A model generated the notes under the pieces. That model saw nothing but the letters and a program-made list of their open reading frames with translations, ran no database searches and had not been told where the DNA came from. A stretch of DNA of 64,000 bases from Tubulanus polymorphus (lineage: Eukaryota; Animalia; Nemertea), in assembly GCF_964204645.1 (NCBI RefSeq), contig NC_134026.1, forward strand, positions 2,875,950 to 2,939,949. The letters are read 5' to 3'. Each line of letters starts with the position of its first letter. The stretch's first letter is position 1. This document shows, piece by piece, positions 27,901-39,814 of the stretch. A program made the translations under genes and the position numbers.

Positions 27901-30136
27901 GAAAGTGCTTCCCGCAATTTCTTGTTGTTCGTGATTTTCACTATATTTAATCGTGAGAATTTGACCATTTCACGGCAAACGTTCGTCTGCATAGAATCGG
28001 GAATATTACGGATTTTATTTCAGGTAAATGAAAAACAGTATTCGTTATATTTTCTTATTTTCTATGCTCGTGTGCTTTAAATAAAAGCTAAATTTTCTTT
28101 TAGTTTTTCTTATGACGATCTTTGCCATTCAAAAACGATTAGCTGTTATAGATAAGCTGCATGATTGGCAGAGAAATCAGTGATTTGAACCCATATACGG
28201 AGCAAGAAACTGAAATTTTCAGAAACTGCTGTTGCGTCTAAATACCCTGAATTCCTTCGCGTATATAAGTCACACGTTGTAGTGACACGCGACTGTTATT
28301 TATCGGTTGCCCTGATCTTCAAAACAATGCCTTAACAAATCGAACAATGAGCGAGAACGATGGGCACAAGCTGTGTTCAAAAAACGCTATTCTTTTACTC
28401 TGCATCAGATGGTTGTATCATGAAAAAAATAATGAAGGTGATCAACTTTTTATAGTTTATGTTCCTGTCATCTTCAATGCTATAACCATGATCGATTTTC
28501 ATACTTCTGCATGCTTGAAACAGTCATTGAGATGTTTTTCATAATCAGTCTAAGCCTCATACCGCAAGAAGGTTTACTCTGCACAGATTCTAGTTGAATT
28601 TCATTCGAAATGAATCTGACAAATACTGATACGTTTCACGTTTAGATTTTGTCAGGAATTCTTGATTTTTGTAAGCTCGTGTGTATATAAGTAAAGAACG
28701 AAAGGCAAAGTGAAGAATCGTTAAAAGTATACCCCGAATTTATCGTTCTTAGAAAATGATGAAACCAAAATGAACAGCCGTTAACTAAACAAAGGTGCAG
28801 TTTAAAGAATACCAATGTTTTGAGATGAAATTGGGTGATTTTCTATCTAACAAAGCGTTCACGAGATAAAGAGAATATATTCCGCTACTCTGGTGGTGGT
28901 ATGATTGGCAGATAAGTTATACACAAATGCCAGATGCCACCCATGTTTTAGTTAATACTTGTAATAGTTAGGTTGTAGTTTACACCTGACTCGAGAGTAT
29001 ACACCTGATCCGTGAAATCTCTTACAGAGCTTATAGATAGGAATTCCTCAGTTTCTAACAATCGCTACTTGTTTCTGGGAAATATATCATTTTACCTGCT
29101 TCGTGTTCCTCTGAATCGGCGGAATGTCTCGAGTACGAAACATCGAATTGAAACCTTAGATTTTGAATATTTGTTTCCGAGATTATAAAGATGTCCACCT
29201 GAAAGGAGCTACTTTATGTTGAGCTTGATGAAAATAATCGGTAAAGTTACTAAGCAACTGAAACTATTCAAATTCAGTTCATATTTTCTGAGATAATTTT
29301 AAAATCTCGCAAGCGTTTGGAAGATTGATTTACGTAGGCCTACATTCGAGAAAAGTGAGGAACGTACGTATTCTGATATATGAATTCAGATATATGAATT
29401 CTATATACGGTCATAGGACTGAATCGGTGTTTATTCAGCCCTCAAGTAAACATCAACAAATCTTAGGCCTATTAGATTAGCTTATCGATCGTGTCTTCTT
29501 GATACATTCAAGGTATTAGGCTCTTTACTAAAAGGCTTCCATATAAGATTTAACTATCGTCGGTAAAGGCTTCCATATAAGACGTCGTTTATTTCATATC
29601 GGATTTTGTAATAACGATGTTGGAAGAGTTTACAACGGTATTGGTTTATTGGATATGATCTCTATGAAAGCCCATTGGTTTGGTTTCGATTATTTGTATA
29701 ATTCGATAGATATTTTGTTGCCGTGCATGTAGAGATTCCCTTCCTTAATCATCGCCGCTTCCTTTTATAATGTGTGTGAAAATCACATTTGAATGCTCAA
29801 CTATTGGTTCATAATTGATTTAGGGCCGACTGAATGACTCAGTTGTGTAATACTCTTCAATTGCCGATTAAAATGTTTTCACACTTCTTCAGAGTCAGAA
29901 TTTATATTCGTCGAATTTCTTTAGAAATCGCTAGAAATCCCTCTGTACGCGAGCGCTTCGTTGTCGGTCGTTAGAGCGCGCAGCCAATCACAGCGCGCTT
30001 GAAAATTAAACTCAAAATTGATTCTGTTTTGTATTTTCAGGTTCTGCTATAGCCGCCGCGTGCACACGTAAATAAAACCGCAAAGCTGTAGGATATATCA
30101 ATATAAGCACTGAATTGGATTGTTTTAAATGTAGAA

Positions 30137-33100
30137 ATGGCTACTGTTAAGTTTAAGATTAATTCGTTATGGATGATATGGTTTTGTGTGATAGTTATCG
30201 GAATCGAATGTTACATTATCGGTTCGACTTTGAATAATTACACGATTTACAAATCGCTCGAATGGAAAGGATCGGCGCCGACAGTGACTTTAAACCTCGT
30301 CGTATTTTTCGTGGTTGTTGCAATACTTTGTTTACCGTTGTTTATCCTTGTGTCGGCGTTTCAAGTTGGAAATTTCGCCAACGACGGAGTCAAGTTAGGG
30401 AAGGAACCCAGTAAAGAAGTTTGGCTGAAGACAGAACGACTCGGTCACGTCAAGCGTCTCTGGAGAAATTTCGGACCGTGGGCGCAAGTTCTTCATTTAA
30501 TTTCGGCATTCTTTTTGTTGTTACCCCGACCGCTGATGGAAGCAGAGCTCATCAAACATGGCCATTTCGTTAGAGGTAAAGTAAACTTTCTTGTTTTTAA
30601 ACCTATTAATGATCTACGGCAAGTTGTAAGGAGGGCTTAACTGAAAAGGATGAATGATATTCCATAAGAAGTTCCTTTTGGAATTCCACACATATGTAGG
30701 TGCCTAAAGATGACACCAATAGGGGACAAGTCATACACGTATATCATAATTCAGAGCAGAAAAGAGCCACAAACCTTGCTGATATTGACAGAAATATTAT
30801 AGCCCTCATGTATCAAGATTGTTGTGGTCAGTTTTCCTCGTGTGTCTCATGGATTCTCTGCGATCATGCCTATATGGACCTAATATCGGATCTGTTACAT
30901 GTAGGATATTGGTAATATTCACGATGAAATTGAAACTTTGTTTGAAAAAAGAATCTGATACACGAACGTGATGGGCTGAATTGTGGTTATTGTTTGGATG
31001 GCCAGGTGATCGGGTTCAAGCCAATAAAACCTGAATCTATTTGCTACGAACAGCAAATATTTGTATAATAGTTGTCTTATTTCTGAAGTATCGTTCTAGT
31101 GTCTCGATGGTGGCTCATACTTAAAACATTCCAAACTATTTCACACTGTTCAGACATTATCCAGATTTGATATTGCATTATTTGGTTAGGTTTAAGGACT
31201 AAGAAGAATTCTGTTTCAACTACCAGATTTGAATTGGTATCTAATATTTAAATGTTACAAAATATTTTTGGGATTTTTATTCATATTCAGCCCTTATTGG
31301 CATATTCATACCAAAATTTTTACCTGGGTTAGTGGAAATAAATATGTATCAGAGAAGGTTTCATCGCAAAAACACGTTCCCTAAGGATGAATTCACTATA
31401 GGCTACAATTAATAGGTTTAATGGCAATATTTTTCGCTGTTAGTTTTTCTAAGTGGTGAACAAATTTTCCACCTAGATCTAGTTGAATTTTATCGCTTCT
31501 TTTTCAATGGATAGACATAATATTTGTTTAGGCAGCTATACCATAAAATAGTAGCCCTTATTTAGGCGTGTTGTGAGATGAAGCTGCCGATTGGCTTTGC
31601 CTCGCGATAAAACAACTGCTTATCAATGTTAAATATCATGTTTCATACTTATCCCAGTGATATACTGGAAATATGCGAACAAGAAGTCCTCTGACGTCCA
31701 CACCTTATCACTCCTTCGGCGTTAACTGCAATTTTCACCACGAACCTCATAGCCCAAAATATAATTTGATTGATTTGAGAGAGATGCTAATTCCACATAT
31801 CTAAAAAAACCTAAAAGATTTTTTTGAGTGCATTTCCGGGTCAAGTCATCTCCTGATTGAATTTTTGTAGTATGTTTTTCGTGGAGCATTCTGTCTGGAA
31901 CGAGCTAAATGTCAAAAAGTTTCAAGCTTTGTTTTTGCCAGTAGTGAAGTTGAAATTCCCATATGTTAAATGAACCTACCCTTGAAATGATTTACAGATG
32001 CAATTAATTGCTAATTACTGATTTCATATCCAGATTTTACACTGTGTGTAACTGTGCACGTGTTTTAAGTATACTTAATCAAAGAACAGGAACAAAACAG
32101 TAGACAATACTAGTTGATTTTTTTTCTATACTTGTTTAGTGCGATCGAATTTCAGACATCTGCCTCAGAGTTGTGTGAATTTGATGTATTCGATACGAGG
32201 CCCTTCAATACCATATGGTTACGTGCAGTGAAATTATTTGATTAAAGATATTCTATCTTCTGTGGATATATAGAGTGTCAAATTCGTTCGAGGTTTCCAG
32301 GCCTACAATGAATACACTGGCAGCAATTTTGCAGCCTACATATATCGAAATTAAAATGTTTTCTAACAGTAAAATGTCTAGACTGCTGGTATGGTCGAAA
32401 TGATATTTCAATATTTTACTTTAGCTCAAACACGATATATAGATTAATCTGTACCGTACCCATCGGGTTCCGGAAAGCATCTCGATGATGAGTATAGAGG
32501 TTTTCATTTATTCATGGCGTGAAAATAGTTCATATCGAATGTTGTTTTTACTCGATGGCACTTGACACATTCGTTGTCTCTCAGTATCGAATATTGTTTT
32601 ATATCGCCGAAGTGAAATAGTTCTTCCGTTATATGCCACACTGGAACTATCGTGGTGTAGGATCGTGATAAATCAAACTACGTTTTTCATAAACATCGTC
32701 GCTATGGATCCAAAGAAATCTTTCTCGTAATGATAAGCCTTGTTTACAGAAAGAATATAAAAGCATAAGATTCAAATAAAGAAATTAGATTGGAAAGAAT
32801 ACGGAGAAAAAATTAACCACGCAGACCCAGTGGATAACCTAAACATGGCACCTGGGAACTGTAAATGGGCTTATCATATTCTAATGACTGACATCGCCAG
32901 TTTGTAAAATGTTCAATTCATGAAAAAAATAGATGCATAGAATGTAGACTTTAGTCAGATTATTCCTTATTGCTAAACTCGTTAATTATGAAATGGGAGT
33001 TTAAGAATGGACACGTAATTCCAGGTATGATAACTACATGTAGATGACAGGTACCGGTATTGGGTATACGGTGGGTAGTACGATCATTTGCATATATAGA

Positions 33101-36100
33101 GATATAGATTTATCCATGCTTTTCATTAAAATATAGACTCGAGACCAATTAGTGTCCCATGCGATTCTGGTTTCATTAAAATTTCATGGACCGTTTTGTA
33201 CCGGGGCTCATTTTCATTGTCACACAGCAAATAAAGTAAAATGTGTTCACCTGATTCCCCGCCCGATTCACGTGAAATAGCGAGATTAATTGGCCTTAGT
33301 TTCGATGGAATGCTAGAGTTTTTGAAATGAGTCGATGCAAAATGCCGTTAATTCATACCAAGTTTTTTTTGATAGAATGTTTCTAGTGACTTAGGGTTAA
33401 TTCATCCTAAATTCTCTTGCATGACGGGAATACTCTATAGAGCGCTCTATTGCCTCCTTAATAAAGCAACAACTGTGATTTGTGGAGTAAACTGTTGCAT
33501 ACGAGAAGGGATATACTCCGTGATTCTATTGTTTATCCACATGGAACAGCATGAAAATAATTTAATTAAATCGACACACAGCGTGTTCATGTCGTTTGAA
33601 CGCGATTTGCTGATAAAATTAATTTGGTTAGATTGAATACACGGGCTCCGTGGTACGACTCCGGCGTGCTTGAAAAATATAGTTATAGTCTAGACGACAC
33701 GTGACCATTTTTCCTTTTACTACACAAAACAAGATACACTAATCAGAGAATAATTCTCATAATTTCATCTTGATCACCTATTTTTGTTAACGACTAGAAA
33801 TAAATGTTTTCGATTTTTGTTTTGTAGAAGGAATCTGGGTGACGGATTTGCGAGTGATGTTTCCGATGAAAGTACACTGGTTCGGTGGTAATGTGACGGC
33901 GCATACGGGAGGATGGAACACTAACCAAATATCAATCGAGTTCATCAATTACGCTTTAGCGCTGTTAGTTTTTACGGTTCGTTATCCGTCCGTATTCTGG
34001 TTCACTTGTCGGCCATTCAGCGGCGTATTCTCGTTTCAACTATTCGTCTTATTGGCTCAAAGTTTGGTGACGTACAACGGCTTCTGCGTCGTGTACAAAT
34101 GCGCGGTAAACCGGTCCATCATGCCTACAGTTGAATTCTGTCTGAGCGCTGAGGGTATACTGATACTATATCTGATCGCCAGCGCGATTTTATTCATCCA
34201 AAATCTAGCCATGTTCGAATACGGTTATCATTATTACGTGGTCGGTCGTAGAAAATACAAGGAAAAATACCGCGCCGCCCGGACGAAGAAGGAGCAACTT
34301 CCGTTGATGGGGTGCCAGGGTTATGTTCCGCATTGTGCCGCCATGTCTATGATGTTAGCATCGATGATATTTAAAGCCCCTATCAATTACGATGAAGGCA
34401 TGGTTTACCGAGTATACAACGACAAACTGTTATTGACTTGTATCATTATGGATGTTGTTTATTTGTTGTTTTGGATTGTTCTTTGGTTCGCCTTAACCGT
34501 CAAACAACAGTGGGATTTTCGAATCACGCCACCGATGTGGTCCGAAGACCTGCAGAAAAACGGAGGAATCTATACCGTTGGAAAGGGTCGCCAGGAGCCG
34601 GCGGCTCCTCGGGTGACTGTTACACCGTCAGAAATCAGGCAGAGTTACGACAGTATCAAAGACAGTGAAGTGAGTTCTGCAGCTACTGTCGAAACGGGTG
34701 GATTTTCTTCGGTTAACGACGTGGATACGAAACAACATCATCCGAACCCGGATACACCGTCAGCAGCCCGGCATTCATACCCTCCTAGCATACTAACTAA
34801 TCCGGTCGAGTCAGAGCGCACCTCACGCCCAGTTACACCTGTTCCAGATGTGGCTCAATCGACGATGAATATTTCCCGGCCGACGACTCCGATCATCTAC
34901 AATAGACAACCAACTCCTTATAATTCTATGCCAAATACACCGGAGAATTCCAACCCAACCACCCCGTCTATGCCACGCTACGCCGGCCAGAATCGTCCCA
35001 ATTCCCGTCCGACTACACCTAACCTTTCAAGGCCATGTTCAAGACCGACGACGCCAACGTTTTCACAGTCGGGCTCTTCCCCATCTACTCCGAATCTCTC
35101 ACGGCCGTCCGTAATGCAGAATGTACACGCTAGTTTGGCGATAAGTCGTCCGACCACGCCGATCTCTCGACCGACCACGCCACAACCGCCGAACGCGAAA
35201 ACCGCGCATCGAAATCCGGCCCGGAGTCGAAAACGAGCGCCACGAGTCACATTCGAAGGAATAAACATCCCATTTTCAGACACTGACGATGATTTAGATT
35301 CACCGCGTAAAGGCAGCGAAAGCGGCAACGAATCTTCGGGCAGCTCAATGGAGGACCTACCTCCGAAAACAAAGCCGAAAACTAATATCAATAATCATTC
35401 GTGTTCGAGTGATAATAAACTCACTAACAAACCGCAGCAGGCCGTTAACTCGCTAGGTGCTCTTAATCAGCAAGTGCGATCGAAAATTCAACGTAATAAC
35501 TCAAAATGTTCGGCGGATTACGATAATCCGTATTCGGATAATTATATGAATTACGGTAGTTTGCCACGGACTAAAAAGCAAGCGAGTTCGCTGCCGGGTG
35601 GCAAGGGCGATTTGCAAAACAATAAGTTCCGGCATAGTTTGCGTGAGAAACACAGCGATTATTACGAACTGAAAAACATCAAAGGTGCAATGAAAGATCC
35701 GGGTAACGAGAGCCCGGATTCGATATTAAATAAACCTATTCCATTGATTAAACCGTTAAAAGTCAATGTAAATGTAGATCGGACTCGTCCAGCTGCTGAA
35801 AGCCCGCTTTACGGAGAGACCGGTAACCCGTCCTCGGACAGCGGTATCGAAATGCCCGACGGCCGATCGGTCAGCCCGAATTACGCGTCCAATAAACAGC
35901 CGTTAACGCTACAACCTTCCTCATTTCTGAGAAATTGTAGCACGTTCAACCCGACGAAAAAGGACGCTCGTAGAAGTTCGGGAAACTATACGACATTGGC
36001 AGCGCTGGAAGAAATGACCTATCCGTACCAGGAAACGGCGGAGGAACGCGAAGAACGCTTACAAAAAGAAAAAGAAGCGAGACTTTGCAGCCAAGTGTGA
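30137..36100 (+). CDS. tinc: Tincar-like multipass transmembrane protein (~903 aa); coding exons 30137-30575 and 33828-36100
   Basis: The N-terminus has INSLWMIWF and FQVGNFANDGVKLG, followed by SIEFINYALALLVFTVRYPSVFW and LWFALTVKQQWDF, which resemble tincar-family TM regions as I recall them. There are several hydrophobic helices and a long S/T/P-rich tail. The phase-1 junction AG|GTAAAG ... TTTGTAG|AA GGA ATC TGG keeps frame. An upstream acceptor TTTTCAG at 30040 implies a 5' non-coding exon. Confidence 0.85.
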
Positions 36101-39100
36101 ATTCATGAATGTTAAATTCTGGTGTAAATCTATGACTTTTTCAGTCACATGTAAACCTAAACATTGAATTCAAAATCAAGTCTATATCAGTGTGATGTTG
36201 ATTGGCGTTGAATAAAGAAAAAGTCCGTATAAATGGATAGGTCACTGCATCGTCAATATAGAAGGTATATATTGGCCGACTGTATTTTTATCCACTTATA
36301 GAATGCTTACAGATAAAGTAATCAAGCAGCTACGCATATTTTTTTATTGTTTATCAGATAGATCGTTCCGGGAAACCGAGCCCACACACAAACTTTGTTT
36401 TTTCAAAGATCACGTACAGAATGCGGAGACTTTATATCATTACAGAATTGAAAGCGATTTAGTGTTTTTTTGCAAATATAACGACGTATCATGTCTGCAA
36501 TTCCACTTTTACCATTGAGTGTATATTTAAGTCGCGGAGATCGATTTCGATATTTGTCGTTCAAATTGTATCATAAACTTCGTTTACTTGACGCCAGTGA
36601 GGCAGGTGGTGCAGTAAAACTAGATGACATTATTTAGTTTAACAATAACTTATTGGTCACAATAATGTATATGTATGTGGATATATGTTAAGAGCAGAAT
36701 ATGGCAGGTGGACAAATGGTAGAATGAACGCCGGTGGCTGCGGCGGCGGATATTTAATCAGCTGCAAGGAAAAGTACAACTATATTCCAAACGATTAATC
36801 GTGAAAATGAACAGTTGAAAAGTATTCAAAAATAGGTATTCGTATATTTTTGATACAATCATGCCTCGGTAACCGAAACTTGCGACTGAATTCTAATCTG
36901 ATTCCGATTTCCAGGCGCTTTCACCTGTTGTTGGGAAATTGAACTATTTTTGAGTGGCTCAAATTGTGTTGTTCCCCTGGATCTACCGATATCCCGATCG
37001 AAAACATATGTCATTCGCAAGCACATTGACTATACCATCCTAATATTGTGACAGTACATTGTTGATTATGGATGAGCATCCATGTTCAGCTCCTTTGAAG
37101 TACAAGTGATTCGTGTCATTTTATTACCAACGAATCGAAATTAAATTATCTCAAATGTCTCATAAAATTACCATGATAATAAGTCGCCGATTCTTTGATC
37201 TAACCTCAATCTGTGAACTTGAAAGACGATACGTTTATATGCGAACGTAGATTGCATATCACCACGCGGAGAGTCGTAAGAAAACACCTAACACAATATT
37301 CTGTTTAATTTTTTTACTGATCGTGTTGCGTCCCTATTGATAATCCCCTATCGAGATATCGCCCTCGTTGATGGGGTTGGACTCGCTATCAAGTCGAGAT
37401 AAGAATTTGTGCCAATGTAGATGTTTTTGTAACGTGTATTTTGTACATAGTAGATTCAACGTATGGAAAATCTATTGAACACGAAGTAAAACTCGTGAAT
37501 TCCTTGAGACCTGGCCAATGCGAATGCAAAAAATAGAAAATGTTTAGTCGGTTTTTATCCATGCGGTATTGCGATTTTTGTCTTTTTTTTCCTTGGTCAA
37601 CTTTAAATCACTTAAAGTAGCTATGCATTTTTCTGTTATGAACTCAGCATTTAATAGCCGTATTTGTTCACCTGTCCTTATTAGTAGAGTATTCTTAGGT
37701 AGATCAGACATTCAAGATGATAAGGGCTCATACGTTGAACTTTTATTTACTCTATCGGAGGCTCGGTCCTGTGTTATAATGGGTCACTGAGAGGGCGATG
37801 TCTGATTTGTTTGATTTGGGGCATACATTTTGGAGACCGTTAAATCTCCAAGAATCCATATAACCTTCCCGCCATCAAAAATTACACCGATTTCATCCAT
37901 AAGATTAACTATTATTTTAAGTTCAATTCCTATTGATCTAATTCAATTCGTTTTCAATGATAAGTTCAACAATATTCTAAGTAGAGAAGTAGATTCTGTT
38001 GAAGTAAGAATCCTGGACGGTTATTTATTAATAAGCTACAAGCCCACTACCAGCATAGCTCTCCCTGTGGTTAGGTTATTCATCGCTATTGGAAACGGAA
38101 AAGCCATCCTAGACTCTGCGACGGCTATTCGATAAAAAGGTGCATTAAATTGCTATTCATTGCACACATATTTTTTCTTTTTATCAAAAGACCGAATTAT
38201 TGGTGAATGGCTTAGTTAGGGATTACCTAAGCTCTCCTCTAGATTGATGAAACTTGTTTAAACCTTCTCCACCGAAACATTGAATATGTATATATTGTCA
38301 TTCTGGTCATGTTGGAATATTGAAAATTCTCTAAAGAAGATATGGAGGACCCCTAATTCCGAGAAAATTACATCTTAAATTCAACTAGTACAACTTGTAT
38401 TAGATGATGTTCAGATTCATCATTTAGAGAATAAGTTTCAAATCGATGTTGTTAAATTTCTCAGGAATATTCTCTATGTTTTTAATGTGCTATACAGAAT
38501 TTTGTTCTTTTTTGTCAATAATTGCTACGTAATGTATTAATTATGTAAAAATACAGATATGTTAAGGATTTGTAAATAAATTAATTTCATTTAGAGACTT
38601 AATGAAATACATTGCCTAGTTTTAATTATTGGTTGAGAGATGAGGTTTTCTAGCGATGTGAAGAAAGAAAAAATATGATTCTTTTAACGAATCGGGAAAT
38701 GAATATTTTTAAACCCAGTGAATCAGTTACGAATTAACATTTTGCACTCGACTGGAATGTACTAATCCGCCCATGTCACTTAGCATGGCTCGTACTAATC
38801 GCAGGCAATGAAACCTCAGCACGAAACCCACTTCAAATTTCTTTGCTGTATTTGGTCATATATATTATGTTTATATGTATATATATAGAGATAGAGAAGG
38901 GAAGTCACAATCAATTTACACAGAGACATTGATAGGATTCCAGTCAAACAGCAACACATGTCCGAAACACATTTGGCAGCTGTCGCCACACTGCAAATGA
39001 ATCAGATTTCCACAATAGTCATCCGTACAGATTTATACTGCTAATGACGGGACAAATTCCAATATCATGAATCGTAAATTGACTACGCTATTAGCGGCTA

Positions 39101-39814
39101 TGACAACAATTCAAAGCATCACAAAAATCTAAGATAAATGAATATACATAATGTTTGTAATCGTTCACCGAGGTCGTTGCCTGAAGGCGCCGAAGAATTC
39201 AAATTACACGAGGAATTCCTTCTCAGCGTAGACACAGCTCTTCAAACTCACTGTTCTACCATAGAAACTTCAGATTTTGGCGAAAATTCTTCTTCAATCT
39301 TCTTTTAACTTGCGTAGTCGTTAAAATTCAATGTCTCGTTCGACGAATATCTGATATACTTTCCGACAGAACGGAAACAACGATGCCATTTATCACTATC
39401 CTATATGAAAAGGAACTATACTAGGCTATGTGAATTTGTATTTCACGTCGTTAAGTGTCTGCCATTTGTTTTCATAACGCCCAGTTTCAATTCAAATACA
39501 CAGTAATTGATCGAAGTTCTTGTACGTGTATAAACTCAATATCAAGACAATCGATTGAAGCATCTTCAAAACTCCCCAAAATATAACTGGATTCCGTCTA
39601 CCACGAACGCCGGACGAAAAGCGAACGCAGTAGACCGCTGGAACTAAAATCCAAGGTGGATTTTTAAAAAAAACGTCGAATTTCATTTCAAAATCTTTAT
39701 TACTATTCATTTCATCTATGTACATTTATCTTACAAGGTTTAAGACAAATAATTTACATTCATCTATAAACAATAATATAGCATAGCCACGATAACGAAA
39801 TATTCAAAATGATC

